From contig JAEEYO010000013.1 of NCBI GenBank assembly GCA_016288205.1, forward strand, positions 1,700-65,699: DNA of 64,000 bases. The letters run 5' to 3'. The notes beneath the pieces were generated by a model. The model searched no databases, had not been told where the DNA came from, and saw only the letters and a program-made list of their open reading frames with translations. Each line of letters begins with the position of its first letter. Within the stretch, counting starts at the first letter, position 1. A program made the position numbers and the translations under genes. This DNA is from Treponema sp. Its GTDB lineage: Bacteria; Spirochaetota; Spirochaetia; Treponematales; Treponemataceae. Below are positions 54,160 to 63,656 of the stretch, in pieces.

Positions 54160-55470
54160 TTAATTTTTCTCCGACTTCATTGGACGCACCAAAAAGAGGG
54201 ACAGGCACATTGCAACGGCATACAAAATCGTGGTCACAATCAGCACATTCTGATAACCCGCCGGATTTGCCTTTACTCCTGCGACATCAACAAACTGACC
54301 AGTGTGATTTACGATAAAAGAAGCGAGCTGATTTCCCGAAAGACCTGCAAAAGCCCATGCTGAAAGAGTGATTCCGTGGATTGCAGAAATATTGCCCATG
54401 CCATAATGATCCGAAAGAAGAGTCGGCACGTTTGAGAATCCTCCACCATAACCTGCGTTCACAATGAAGATGAGCAGAAGCACGAACAAAGTCAAGACAA
54501 TGCTTCCGGCACCCCTTGCAATTCCGCCGGTAAAGAGGACTACCAGAGTAAAGCCGATGGAAAGGGCAAAAATAATCTTGTAAACGGTGTTGCGGTCCTT
54601 CATCTGATCTGCGAGCGCGGAAAAACCAAGGCGTCCACCAGCGTTAAAAAGAGCTGAAATTGTTGAAATGTAACCCGCAATGCTGCCAAGACCCACGCAT
54701 TTCACAATCATCTTTTCCTGGGAGATAATCGCAAGTCCGCAAGTGATGTTGATGTAGAACATGAGCCAGATTCCAATGTATGAGCTAAGCGGCTCAACCT
54801 TAAGGGAAGCAAGGATTCCGTTTTCCTTCGTCCTTTTCTGAGGCTCAACCCAGCCCTCTGGTTTTGCGAGCATAAAATGCCCCACCATCATCATCACAAA
54901 ATAGACGAGCGCAAGGATGTAGAACATTTTGTAGATTCCCTCTCTGCCCATCTTGTCAAGAATCGCCTGCATGATTGGGGATGCAATAGCCTTGGCCGCA
55001 CCGAAACCAGCCACGGCAAGACCCGTCGCAAGTCCCTTTTTATCCTTGAACCACAGCATAAGAGTCTTTACCGGAGAAAGATATCCCGTTCCAAGACCAA
55101 TGCCCATTATAAATCCGTAGCTGACATAAATGCCGATCAAAGCAAGAACACTGGGATTTCCAGCCTGCAAGCACCTTCCGCCGTACCAGATGAAAAAACC
55201 GGTTCCAGCCATTCCAAGCGCAAAAGCAATCGACGCAATCAGCGATGACTTATGTATGTTTTTTTCCACAAGTCCGCCCAAAAAAGCCGCCGACATGCCA
55301 AGGAAGAAAATCGCAAAGCTGAACGCCCATTCAACCGCACCCTTTGAAAATCCGATATAATTCGCAATTTCCTGACTGAACATAGACCAACAGTATACAG
55401 TTCCAATGCTGCAATGAAGGAGAAGCGCAGGAATTGCACCGCGTATCCACTTATTCTGAATGTTTTTCAT
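54160..55470 (-). CDS. MFS transporter (oxalate/formate antiporter-like OFA family)
   Basis: WIRGAIPALLLHCSIGTVYCWSMF is a typical OFA N-terminus, with about 12 TM helices. The start was trimmed to ATG 55470. Confidence 0.75.
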   Translation of the reverse strand: MKNIQNKWIRGAIPALLLHCSIGTVYCWSMFSQEIANYIGFSKGAVEWAFSFAIFFLGMSAAFLGGLVEKNIHKSSLIASIAFALGMAGTGFFIWYGGRCLQAGNPSVLALIGIYVSYGFIMGIGLGTGYLSPVKTLMLWFKDKKGLATGLAVAGFGAAKAIASPIMQAILDKMGREGIYKMFYILALVYFVMMMVGHFMLAKPEGWVEPQKRTKENGILASLKVEPLSSYIGIWLMFYINITCGLAIISQEKMIVKCVGLGSIAGYISTISALFNAGGRLGFSALADQMKDRNTVYKIIFALSIGFTLVVLFTGGIARGAGSIVLTLFVLLLIFIVNAGYGGGFSNVPTLLSDHYGMGNISAIHGITLSAWAFAGLSGNQLASFIVNHTGQFVDVAGVKANPAGYQNVLIVTTILYAVAMCLSLFLVRPMKSEKN

Positions 55471-55584
55471 GATAATAAAGACCTCATTATAATATATCGG
55501 AAGAATTATATCATTTTTTCTAAAGAATGAACATAGGATAAACACAAGATTATAGAAAGCAAGCGCAAATCTAAAAAAATTCAT

Positions 55585-55613
55585 TTGTCAAACGGAGTTT
55601 TATGGTGTACAAT
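55585..55613 (+). promoter_or_regulatory. Candidate sigma70 promoter immediately upstream of the TGS-uridine kinase gene
   Basis: TTGTCA, a 17-nt spacer, then TACAAT. The -10 ends 7 nt before the ATG at 55621. Confidence 0.4.
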
Positions 55614-55620
55614 GTTAAAT

Positions 55621-57273
55621 ATGAAGAAGATTACTATTACATTCCCCGATGGCTCGTCCATCCAGGTTGATGACGAAATCAGACCCATGACCTTGCTCAA
55701 CAGGCTGGGACCGCAGGATAAAAAAATCATGGCCGTAAAGGTCAACAACGAGATTCTTCCGCTGGATTCCGTGGTGGACATAAGCTGCACTATGGAGCCG
55801 GTTTTTGAGGAGACCAAGGACGGCGCAAGGATTTACCGTCGCTCGCTTTGTTTTTTACTCGCAACCGCGGCACACAATCTCTTTCCGGGTGCAAGACTTC
55901 TCGTGGGTCACTCCCTGGACTACGGCTATTACTACACGCTGGACACAGGCAAGCCCATCTCGCCCGAACAGATTGCACAGCTCAAGGATGAGATGCTCAA
56001 AATCGTAAAGGACGACGAGCCGATTCTCACGGACTATATCTCATATCAGGAAGCATGCTCGATGTTCGAAAATCTGGGACTGATTGAGACACGCAAGCAG
56101 CTGAACTACCGCACGCCATCCCGCGTAAAAATCAACACGCTGAAGGGATTCTCCGACCTTTATTTCGGTCCCTTGGTTGGAAGCACCGCCGAGCTTGATG
56201 TCTTTGACCTCATGCCGTATCAGGAAGGATTCCTCCTCCGCTATCCCAAGCACGAGACTCCCGACCGCCTCCCGGAATTCCAGGACCAGCCGAAGCTCTT
56301 TGAAATCTACAAGCGGTACAAGGACTGGGGAAAACGCCTCAACGTAACATCCGCCGCAAGCCTTAACCAGCTGATTCACGAAAGAAAAGTGAATGATTTC
56401 ATCGACATAACCGAAACCCTCCAGGTAAAATGCATTGCCGACATCGCCGACCAGATTCACAGCCGCAAAACCGCAAGGGTCGTCCTGATTGCAGGTCCCT
56501 CGTCTTCTGGAAAAACCACGACGAGCAAAAAACTCGCATTGCAGCTGCAGGCCATCGGATATGTTCCCAAGGTAATCAGCCTTGACTCATACTACCGTGG
56601 ACGCGCCGAGACACCGAAGGATGAGAATGGAAATTATGACTACGAGTGTCTTGAGGCTTTGGACGTAAAGCAGATTAATGAAGATTTGCTCTCGCTTTTT
56701 GACGGAAAGACAATCGACGTGCCATGCTACGACTTCCACGAGGGAAAGCGCTATTACAAGGGAGAGACCATGAACCTCGGTCCAAACGACATCCTCATTA
56801 TGGAAGGAATCCACGGACTGAATGACAAGCTCACTCCCCTCGTACCGCCGGAACTCAAATTCAAGATTTATCTTTCCGCACTGACCCAGCTGAATCTTGA
56901 CGACCACAACCGAATTGCCACGAGCGACAACCGTCTTATCCGGCGAATCGTAAGGGACGCACAGTTCAGGGGAAAGAGCGCGGCAGGTACAATCTCCATG
57001 TGGGATTCCGTGCAGAAGGGTGAACGGCTCCATATCTTCCCGTTCCAGAACAATGCGGATGCCATGCTCAACACGGCCCTTGACTACGAGCTTTCCGTGC
57101 TTAAAGTCTATGCGGCGCCGCTTCTGAGATGCGTCACTCCAATGGAAAAAGAATATGGAGAGGCATGCCGTCTTCTGACCTTCCTTGACAACTTCAGCAC
57201 CATTCCGGCAACCGCGGTTCCAAGTCAGTCAATAATCAGGGAGTTTATTGGAGGATCTGCGTTCCACTACTGA
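55621..57273 (+). CDS. Fusion protein: ThrRS-like TGS plus second-additional-domain N-terminus and uridine kinase/PRK-family C-terminus
   Basis: The N-terminus KITITFPDGSSIQVD...AVKVNNEILPLD...YRRSLCFLLATAAHNLFP is ThrRS-N-like. The P-loop is LIAGPSSSGKTT, and the PRK-family core is IMEGIHGLN. Alternative in-frame starts exist at 55585 and 55612. Confidence 0.75.
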   Translation: MKKITITFPDGSSIQVDDEIRPMTLLNRLGPQDKKIMAVKVNNEILPLDSVVDISCTMEPVFEETKDGARIYRRSLCFLLATAAHNLFPGARLLVGHSLDYGYYYTLDTGKPISPEQIAQLKDEMLKIVKDDEPILTDYISYQEACSMFENLGLIETRKQLNYRTPSRVKINTLKGFSDLYFGPLVGSTAELDVFDLMPYQEGFLLRYPKHETPDRLPEFQDQPKLFEIYKRYKDWGKRLNVTSAASLNQLIHERKVNDFIDITETLQVKCIADIADQIHSRKTARVVLIAGPSSSGKTTTSKKLALQLQAIGYVPKVISLDSYYRGRAETPKDENGNYDYECLEALDVKQINEDLLSLFDGKTIDVPCYDFHEGKRYYKGETMNLGPNDILIMEGIHGLNDKLTPLVPPELKFKIYLSALTQLNLDDHNRIATSDNRLIRRIVRDAQFRGKSAAGTISMWDSVQKGERLHIFPFQNNADAMLNTALDYELSVLKVYAAPLLRCVTPMEKEYGEACRLLTFLDNFSTIPATAVPSQSIIREFIGGSAFHY

Positions 57274-57276
57274 TAA

Positions 57277-57305
57277 GTGGAAAGATGAAAGTGGAGAGTG
57301 GAAAG
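57277..57305 (+). repeat. Purine-tract repeat, copy d
   Basis: GTGGAAAGATGAAAGTGGAGAGTGGAAAG begins 3 nt after the stop of the uridine kinase fusion gene. Confidence 0.8.
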
Positions 57306-57374
57306 ATTTGAAATGACATATTGAACGTAGCAAAATATCTTTGAAGTGATTCTTTACTGCGTTCAGAATGAAAT

Positions 57375-57417
57375 CTCTCCGTTTTCAGCTTTCAACTTTC
57401 CGTTTTCCGCTTTCCAC
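57375..57417 (-). repeat. Purine-tract repeat, copy e (inverted relative to copy d)
   Basis: Minus strand reads GTGGAAAGCGGAAAACGGAAAGTTGAAAGCTGAAAACGGAGAG. It overlaps the last 10 codons and the stop of fliJ. Confidence 0.8.
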
Positions 57418-57843
57418 TTTTGCATGCTGCTGGGATGTCACGACATCATCCACAATCTTTTCGTCCTGCTTGTTCATGGCCGCCTGCCATTCCTCATACT
57501 TGTGCTTTTTGAGTTTGTCCAGGACCTTCACCTTTTGCATACACTGACGAACCACTTCCCTTTTCTTTTCGGCGAGCAGCTGGAGTTCTGCAAGCTCAGC
57601 GAGGAGACCTTCTTTTTTTTGATCAAGGAAAATAAAATAATCCTGAGTCTGATGCCAAACATTAAACTCAGATGAACTGTCGGAATAAGATGAGAAATTA
57701 ACACGCTCCTGCGCAATCTGCTCAAGAGACCTGTTCACGCGTGCAATCTCGGCGTTTACTTTGCCCAAATCAAGCTCTGCCTGATCGAGCTCAAAATTCC
57801 GGAGGTCCAAAATTTTCTGCATTGAAAAAACAAAATGCTTCAT
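57385..57843 (-). CDS. fliJ: Flagellar export chaperone FliJ
   Basis: 152-aa coiled-coil protein directly downstream of fliI. The N-terminus FSMQKILDLRNFELDQAELDL is FliJ-like. Confidence 0.7.
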   Translation of the reverse strand: MKHFVFSMQKILDLRNFELDQAELDLGKVNAEIARVNRSLEQIAQERVNFSSYSDSSSEFNVWHQTQDYFIFLDQKKEGLLAELAELQLLAEKKREVVRQCMQKVKVLDKLKKHKYEEWQAAMNKQDEKIVDDVVTSQQHAKVESGKRKVES

Positions 57844-57918
57844 TTTTCGCCTCCGAAATCAATGTGCAAAATGAGAAGGAGTTTTCAAAAATCGTCCGAT
57901 CCTTGAAACTCCCCCGCC

Positions 57919-59301
57919 CTATTTTGCGAGAATATCAAAAGTTGGATGAGCGTTGGCAGGACTTTCCACGTACTCTTCCTTTGGAATATTAATTCCGGTG
58001 AGTGCAGAAAGTTTTTCCAGCGTATCATCAATCGTAAGATGCTCGGATTCATCCTGACAAAGGAATTCCTCGATCGCAGGATGCTTGTCAATGGCCTCGT
58101 CAACCTCAGGAGAATTTCCCTTCTGATAAACACCAGCGAGAATCATTTCCTCCTGCTCGGCATAATCGGCCATCCATTTTTTTACCTGAGTAACCGCCTT
58201 CAAAGTCTGAGGTCCGGAGACCCTTCTGTGAAGACGGGAAATGCTCTTTGCCACATCAATCGCAGGATAATGCTGCTTCATCTGGAGATCCCTGCTCAGA
58301 ACGATATGTCCGTCCAAAGTTCCGCGCACCTTGTCCGTAATCGGCTCGTCCATGTCATCACCGTCAACAAGCACTGTGTAAAATGCGGTAATGGATCCCT
58401 TCGCATTGGTTCCTGTTCTTTCAAGCAGTTTCGGAATCATGTCGAAAACGGAGGGCGGATATCCTCTCTGCGCTGGAGGCTCACCGGTAGCAAGTCCGAT
58501 TTCCCTCTGTGCATGAGCAAATCGAGTCACGCTGTCCATCATCAGCATTACGTCATTTCCCTGGTCGCGGAAATACTCGGCAACTGCGGTACAAACATAG
58601 GCTGCACGGAGACGGGCGATTGAAGGCTGGTCGCTTGTCGCCACTACGACAACTGAGCGCTTGAGTCCTTCCTTTCCGAGGTCCCTTTCAATAAAGTCCA
58701 GAACCTCACGACCACGTTCTCCAATGAGTCCGATTACATTTATGTCCGCGTTTGTATTGCGTGCGATTGTAGAAATCAAAGTTGACTTACCCACACCGGA
58801 GCCAGCGAAAATTCCGATTCTCTGTCCCTTGCCGACAGTCAGAAGCGAGTCAATGGCACGAACACCGGTTACGATTCTTTTGTTAACGGGTTTTCTTTCA
58901 AGCGGATTCGGAGGACTTGCAAGAGCCGGATAGAATGTCTTTGTAGCAATGTCTCCCCTGCCGTCAAACGGATGTCCTGTCGCATCGATGATTCTTCCAA
59001 GCAGCTTTTCACCGACGGGAACTTCCAGAACGTTTCCGCTGGCCGTCACCTGCGCACCCGCCTCAATTCCCTTGGTCTCTCCGAAAACCATGAGCCTTAC
59101 GGTGTTTCCCTCAAGACCCACGACCTCAGCAAGGACCGAAGTATTTTCACTAAGAACCTCAATGCGGCAGATTTCGCCAATAACACAGCGGGGACCGTTG
59201 CTTTCAATCATCAGTCCCTTAACGGCAGTCACCGCGCCCGTGTATTTAATTGTGTCCGTATCTTTTACGGCCTGTATGTATTTGTCAAAAAAGTTTCCCA
59301 T
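57919..59301 (-). CDS. fliI: Flagellum-specific ATPase FliI
   Basis: Walker A GSGVGKST with F1/V1-like fold motifs. It lies between fliH and fliJ. Confidence 0.95.
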   Translation of the reverse strand: MGNFFDKYIQAVKDTDTIKYTGAVTAVKGLMIESNGPRCVIGEICRIEVLSENTSVLAEVVGLEGNTVRLMVFGETKGIEAGAQVTASGNVLEVPVGEKLLGRIIDATGHPFDGRGDIATKTFYPALASPPNPLERKPVNKRIVTGVRAIDSLLTVGKGQRIGIFAGSGVGKSTLISTIARNTNADINVIGLIGERGREVLDFIERDLGKEGLKRSVVVVATSDQPSIARLRAAYVCTAVAEYFRDQGNDVMLMMDSVTRFAHAQREIGLATGEPPAQRGYPPSVFDMIPKLLERTGTNAKGSITAFYTVLVDGDDMDEPITDKVRGTLDGHIVLSRDLQMKQHYPAIDVAKSISRLHRRVSGPQTLKAVTQVKKWMADYAEQEEMILAGVYQKGNSPEVDEAIDKHPAIEEFLCQDESEHLTIDDTLEKLSALTGINIPKEEYVESPANAHPTFDILAK

Positions 59302-59328
59302 TGGTCCCCACCCTTTCCAACGGATTTT

Positions 59329-60261
59329 TTAGAGATCCGGATTCGGAACTTCAGATTTGTTGACAGACTTAATCGGAGAAATTCCCAGGATCTTGGTCTC
59401 AAGTTCAGCAAGCTGGCTGGAGATACGTGCGTCGATTGCGCCGAAATCAGTTTCAACAATGCATCCGCCGCGATCAACAGAGCTGTCCTCAACCACATGC
59501 ACGTTCTTGATGTTTTCCACCTGAGTGATAAAATCCCTCGTGTGATCTGTGGTCAGCTTTACGTCCGCAAGATTTACGCGAAGCACAACATCTCCGCGTC
59601 CCTTTACTTTCTTGAGAGCCTGAACCACGTTGGACATGATTACGCTCTTCTGACTGTCGCTCATGATTTTTACAACCTTACGCGTCATCAAAAGAACCAG
59701 GTCCACAATCTGGCCCTCAGTCTGGTCAAGGATTTCCTGCCTCTTGTCCTGCACTCCCTCAATCATCTTGTGGAGTCTTTCAACAAGGCGCTCTGCCTCC
59801 TGATTTCCAACCTGATATCCTTCCTCGTGTCCCTTGTCAAAACCGTCCTTCTGAGCTTTGTCAAAAATACGCTGCTCCTCATCGTGGGCGGTCTTAACAA
59901 TCTGCTCTGCCTCAGCCTTAGCCTTGTCCAAAACAGCCTGGGCCTCAACCTCCGCATTGTTCTTGATTACGGAAGCCTGGTCGCTCTGTTTCTTAACCTC
60001 ATTAAAAGCCGCGCTCTCAGCGTTCTTTATAATGCTGTCAGCATCAGACTGAGCCTTGGCAAGCATCTGGGACTTTTCAATCTCCCATTTCTTTTTGAAT
60101 TCCTCAGCCTCAAGACGAAGCTGGTCGGCAGTAGGACCTGTGTATTCTGGAATTTCTTCCTCGACCTCCTCCTCCGGGATGACAAACTCTTTTGTCAGCT
60201 TTAAAGAAAGCGGCCCGTCCTGCATTTTAATCTGATTCGGTCTGAATACTGTCTGTGCCAT
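59329..60261 (-). CDS. fliH: Flagellar assembly protein FliH
   Basis: Charged coiled-coil N-terminus and a FliH C-terminal domain (GGCIVETDFGAIDARISSQL). The start was moved from GTG 60273 to ATG 60261, which has a GGAG 7 nt upstream. Confidence 0.88.
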   Translation of the reverse strand: MAQTVFRPNQIKMQDGPLSLKLTKEFVIPEEEVEEEIPEYTGPTADQLRLEAEEFKKKWEIEKSQMLAKAQSDADSIIKNAESAAFNEVKKQSDQASVIKNNAEVEAQAVLDKAKAEAEQIVKTAHDEEQRIFDKAQKDGFDKGHEEGYQVGNQEAERLVERLHKMIEGVQDKRQEILDQTEGQIVDLVLLMTRKVVKIMSDSQKSVIMSNVVQALKKVKGRGDVVLRVNLADVKLTTDHTRDFITQVENIKNVHVVEDSSVDRGGCIVETDFGAIDARISSQLAELETKILGISPIKSVNKSEVPNPDL

Positions 60262-60291
60262 ATTTTTCTCCACTCATTGCGATAAAATAAA

Positions 60292-61386
60292 CTAGCTGAT
60301 GTACTCGTCGCCTTCGCCACGTGCGATGACGATTTCACCGGAATCCTCAAGACGCCGGATGACGCTAACGACTTTCTGCTGGGCTTCTTCAACATCCTTC
60401 AAGCGGACAGGACCCATGTACTCCATGTCTTCCTTAAGCATTGTCGCCTGTCTCTTGGACATGTTGCGGAAGATTTTGTCCTGAACCTCGGTATCCACGG
60501 ATTTAAGTGCCTTGGCCAACTGCTGTGCGTCAACCTCACGCAGCACTTTCTGAATATCGCGGTCTCCAATCATGACAATATCTTCGAACACGAACATGCG
60601 CTTCTTGATTTCCTCTGCCAGCTCCGGATCGTCCTCTTCCAAAGTCTCGATGATGGCCTTTTCGGAAGAACGGTCAATATTGTTAAGAATCTCAACGATG
60701 CTGTCAACACCACCGGCGGCAGTGTAATCTTCGTTGGACAGAGTTGAAAGCTTCTTCTCAAGAACACGCTCAACCTCACGAAGAACGTCAGGTGATGTAC
60801 GGTCCATTGTAGCAAGACGCTTTGAAACCTCGGGCTGAATCTCATCAGGAAGTCCTGAAAGAATCTGAGCCGCCTTCGCAGGTTCAAGATACGCAAGAAT
60901 CAATGCGATGGTCTGCGGATACTCCTGCTGCACGAAGTTGAGCAAGTGTGTAGGATCCGTGCGTCGGATAAAGTCGAACGGACGAACCTGCAGAGAGCTT
61001 GTCAAGCGGTTGATAATATCAATTGCTTTCTGGCTTCCCAAGGATTTTTCAAGAAGCTCGCGGGCATAATCAATACCACCAGTGGTGATAAAGTTCTGAG
61101 CCTGCATGAGCTCCTGGAATTCTTCAAGAACCTGATCCTTGAAATCCGCGTCGATTGTCTCAAGACGTGCAATCTCAAAGGTCAGTGTCTCAACCTCATC
61201 CTCACGGAGGTGCTTCATTACTTCCGATGAAACCTCTGTTCCCAGAGCCACCAGGAAGATTGCTGCCTTCTGTCTTCCGTTCAGATTCTTATAGTCCTTT
61301 GTTGTTCCCTTCTTCTTTCCGCTACTCTGTGTATGCTGCTTAAGCGCCTGTTTTGCATTGGCTGATGTGCTGTCTTCTTCTGCCAT
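60292..61386 (-). CDS. fliG: Flagellar motor switch protein FliG (with N-terminal extension)
   Basis: GRQKAAIFLVALG, the EHPQ-like segment (QEYPQTIALILAYL), and a C-terminal torque helix region (MSKRQATMLKEDM). Confidence 0.95.
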   Translation of the reverse strand: MAEEDSTSANAKQALKQHTQSSGKKKGTTKDYKNLNGRQKAAIFLVALGTEVSSEVMKHLREDEVETLTFEIARLETIDADFKDQVLEEFQELMQAQNFITTGGIDYARELLEKSLGSQKAIDIINRLTSSLQVRPFDFIRRTDPTHLLNFVQQEYPQTIALILAYLEPAKAAQILSGLPDEIQPEVSKRLATMDRTSPDVLREVERVLEKKLSTLSNEDYTAAGGVDSIVEILNNIDRSSEKAIIETLEEDDPELAEEIKKRMFVFEDIVMIGDRDIQKVLREVDAQQLAKALKSVDTEVQDKIFRNMSKRQATMLKEDMEYMGPVRLKDVEEAQQKVVSVIRRLEDSGEIVIARGEGDEYIS

Positions 61387-61389
61387 ATA

Positions 61390-63099
61390 CTACTCCTCCA
61401 TAAGCCAAGTGCGGAGGAGCATTGCAACATCCTCCGGATGGTTCTTTGCCATTGCGATGGCATTTTCCTGCAGTTCCGCACGTTTTCTCTCTTCGACAGA
61501 GAGCGTAACTTCCATACCCTGTTCCTTTGCATCCCAGAGTGCCTGTTCTCTTTCCTGCTGCTGGCGTCTGAGCATCTCTTCCTCGCGGAGTCTTCTGCGT
61601 CTCTCCAGCTCCTTGGAAATAAGGCGGATCACGATGAACAGTACCAAGATGATTGCTAGTGCGATAAGTGAATAGAAGATAACCTTCTTCGTGTTCTGTG
61701 CCTTGATGAATTTCTCGTCCTCAGCACGGAACTCCTCGTAATGATCGAAGGGCACGTTCGTTACAACAACCGAGTCACCACGAACCGCATTGTAACCTAC
61801 CGCATTCTGAACAAGCTTAGTTACCTGGGCAAGCTCCTCGTCGCTGATAGGAACATAAGTTCTCTCATATCCACCGCTGTCGGAAAGCCTGATTTTTCCA
61901 TTCTCGTCATAGAGCGGATACTGCCATCTTCCGTCAATGTTCACTGAAACTGTCACACGGTCAATGCTCGGAGCCTCTTTAGCCTGAGTATGCTTCGTGT
62001 TGACAACATAATTTCTCTTAACACCATTCTCGGTGGTCTCTGTAATGACATTGGACATATCGCTGTACACCGGGGGATTCTGTCCCTCGACTCCAGCGGG
62101 TCCCTCAGGATTGAATCCTGTTCCGGTAGCCTTTTTGTCCACGGTCTCTTCCGAAATGACAAGGCTCTGAACAACCTCACTGTCGTCATAAGGTGTGGTC
62201 GGATTGTCATCCTTGAGTTTGATTCCGTAATGCTCTTCGGCTGTGGAAGATTTTTCAGCCATGTCCATGTCAATCTTCATGTTGGCAATCTTCACACGCT
62301 TCACGCCGTATGTATTCTGCAATGACTTCAATACGGAAGCTGAATACTCAGACTCAAGCTTGCGGATAAGCTTCTGCTGCTTGTCGGTGATGCTGGTCTT
62401 CTCAAGCTCATCAAGTCCCTCGAAGTCGTTAATTTCTTCATTTGTGTCGCCGTTTACAATCGTGATGTTCTCTTCAAGAAGTCCCTCGACGCTGCGCATA
62501 ACCAGATGCTGGATTCCCTTTACCTTCGCGCGGCTTGCAAGAACATCGCTGCCCTGCTTTGCAAAAAGGATTACGGATGCCTGGGTCGGATTCTGATCAT
62601 CGGCAAACACGGATTCCTCAGGAAGTGACAGGGTAACATGCGCCGCCCTGATTCCATCAAGCTGCTCCAAATGCTGCTGGACCGCCGCTTCCTGTGCTCT
62701 CTGCCAGTTCACAGTGTCGTCAAATTTTGTCCTTGACCAACGCTGAGTGTCAAATAGAGAATACGGATCCTTCTCGGTAGGCTCATAACCTTCCGAAACA
62801 AGGATGCTGCGGTATCTGGTAGCGATGGTATCATTATCTACAGTAATGTAGCCCTCGCCGTCCACATCAGCCTTGATGCCGTCCTTCTGGAGTCTGTTCA
62901 CGATTTGATGACGCTGTGATGCGTCCACAGGTGAGTTAAAGAGCCTGACAGCAGCCTTGTTGCCGGAAACTGCGAGCAGAACAACTACCGCCGCAATGAC
63001 CAGTACGATGATGCCGATCAGGATTACTTTCTGGACGATTGTCCACTTTCCCCACTTTTCTTTTATGGTTCCAAACGTTTTTTTAAACCATTCGTTCAT
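61390..63099 (-). CDS. fliF: Flagellar M-ring protein FliF
   Basis: 569 aa with N-terminal and C-terminal TM helices and a C-terminal FliG-binding tail. Its position between fliE and fliG also fits. Confidence 0.93.
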   Translation of the reverse strand: MNEWFKKTFGTIKEKWGKWTIVQKVILIGIIVLVIAAVVVLLAVSGNKAAVRLFNSPVDASQRHQIVNRLQKDGIKADVDGEGYITVDNDTIATRYRSILVSEGYEPTEKDPYSLFDTQRWSRTKFDDTVNWQRAQEAAVQQHLEQLDGIRAAHVTLSLPEESVFADDQNPTQASVILFAKQGSDVLASRAKVKGIQHLVMRSVEGLLEENITIVNGDTNEEINDFEGLDELEKTSITDKQQKLIRKLESEYSASVLKSLQNTYGVKRVKIANMKIDMDMAEKSSTAEEHYGIKLKDDNPTTPYDDSEVVQSLVISEETVDKKATGTGFNPEGPAGVEGQNPPVYSDMSNVITETTENGVKRNYVVNTKHTQAKEAPSIDRVTVSVNIDGRWQYPLYDENGKIRLSDSGGYERTYVPISDEELAQVTKLVQNAVGYNAVRGDSVVVTNVPFDHYEEFRAEDEKFIKAQNTKKVIFYSLIALAIILVLFIVIRLISKELERRRRLREEEMLRRQQQEREQALWDAKEQGMEVTLSVEERKRAELQENAIAMAKNHPEDVAMLLRTWLMEE

Positions 63100-63232
63100 T
63101 TTTCCCCTCCCTGAACGAACTTTCTCTTAACTTCATAGCATTTTCCCACTCACTATGCCGCTAATAAAATTAGTATAGCACAGCTTTCAATTATTGAAAA
63201 GGGCTTTTTTCCCTTTTGCCGGAATTTTTTTA

Positions 63233-63598
63233 CTATCTGTTCTGAGAAAGATCGTTCCAACCAGAGATTAATCTATCAATTACAGTCTGAGCGAGATTCA
63301 AGGACATCTGAGCCTTTGCCATCGCTGTCGTCACGTCATGTATATCCACGCTGTCAGGGTCGGTGATCACCTTTTCCTGGATTGCGGAAACATTGACTTG
63401 CTGTGCGTTCATTGAGGAAACGGCATCAAGCAGATAGGACTCAAAAGATCCCTTTACCTTCTCACCTTCCACAGGAGAGTTCGAAAGATTTCCAAATCCA
63501 TCCATGTGCAGGTCTTTGGAAAGGTCTGTCATGCGACCCGTTCCTACATGCGCCGGATGTGTTCTGTTCAGCTCAAGGCTTCCAATCGTCATATCCAT
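63233..63598 (-). CDS. fliE: Flagellar hook-basal body complex protein FliE
   Basis: 121 aa. The C-terminus DIHDVTTAMAKAQMSLNLAQTVIDRLISGWNDL is FliE-like. Confidence 0.88.
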   Translation of the reverse strand: MDMTIGSLELNRTHPAHVGTGRMTDLSKDLHMDGFGNLSNSPVEGEKVKGSFESYLLDAVSSMNAQQVNVSAIQEKVITDPDSVDIHDVTTAMAKAQMSLNLAQTVIDRLISGWNDLSQNR

Positions 63599-63656
63599 AA
63601 AGATTCTCCTAAACTCCTAACTTATTTTAACTAGTTTTAACTAAAATATGCTAAAA

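Noticed and set aside
58972-60204. 410-aa plus-strand ORF across fliI/fliH
   Set aside because: It is antisense to fliI and fliH, both of which have clear homology. It is leucine- and serine-rich with no motifs, so it is a shadow ORF.
63100-63232. 133-bp fliE-fliF gap as a possible internal sigma28 promoter
   Set aside because: I found no TAAA-N15-GCCGATAA-like match and no sigma70 hexamers with acceptable spacing. The only hairpin is weak and AT-rich.
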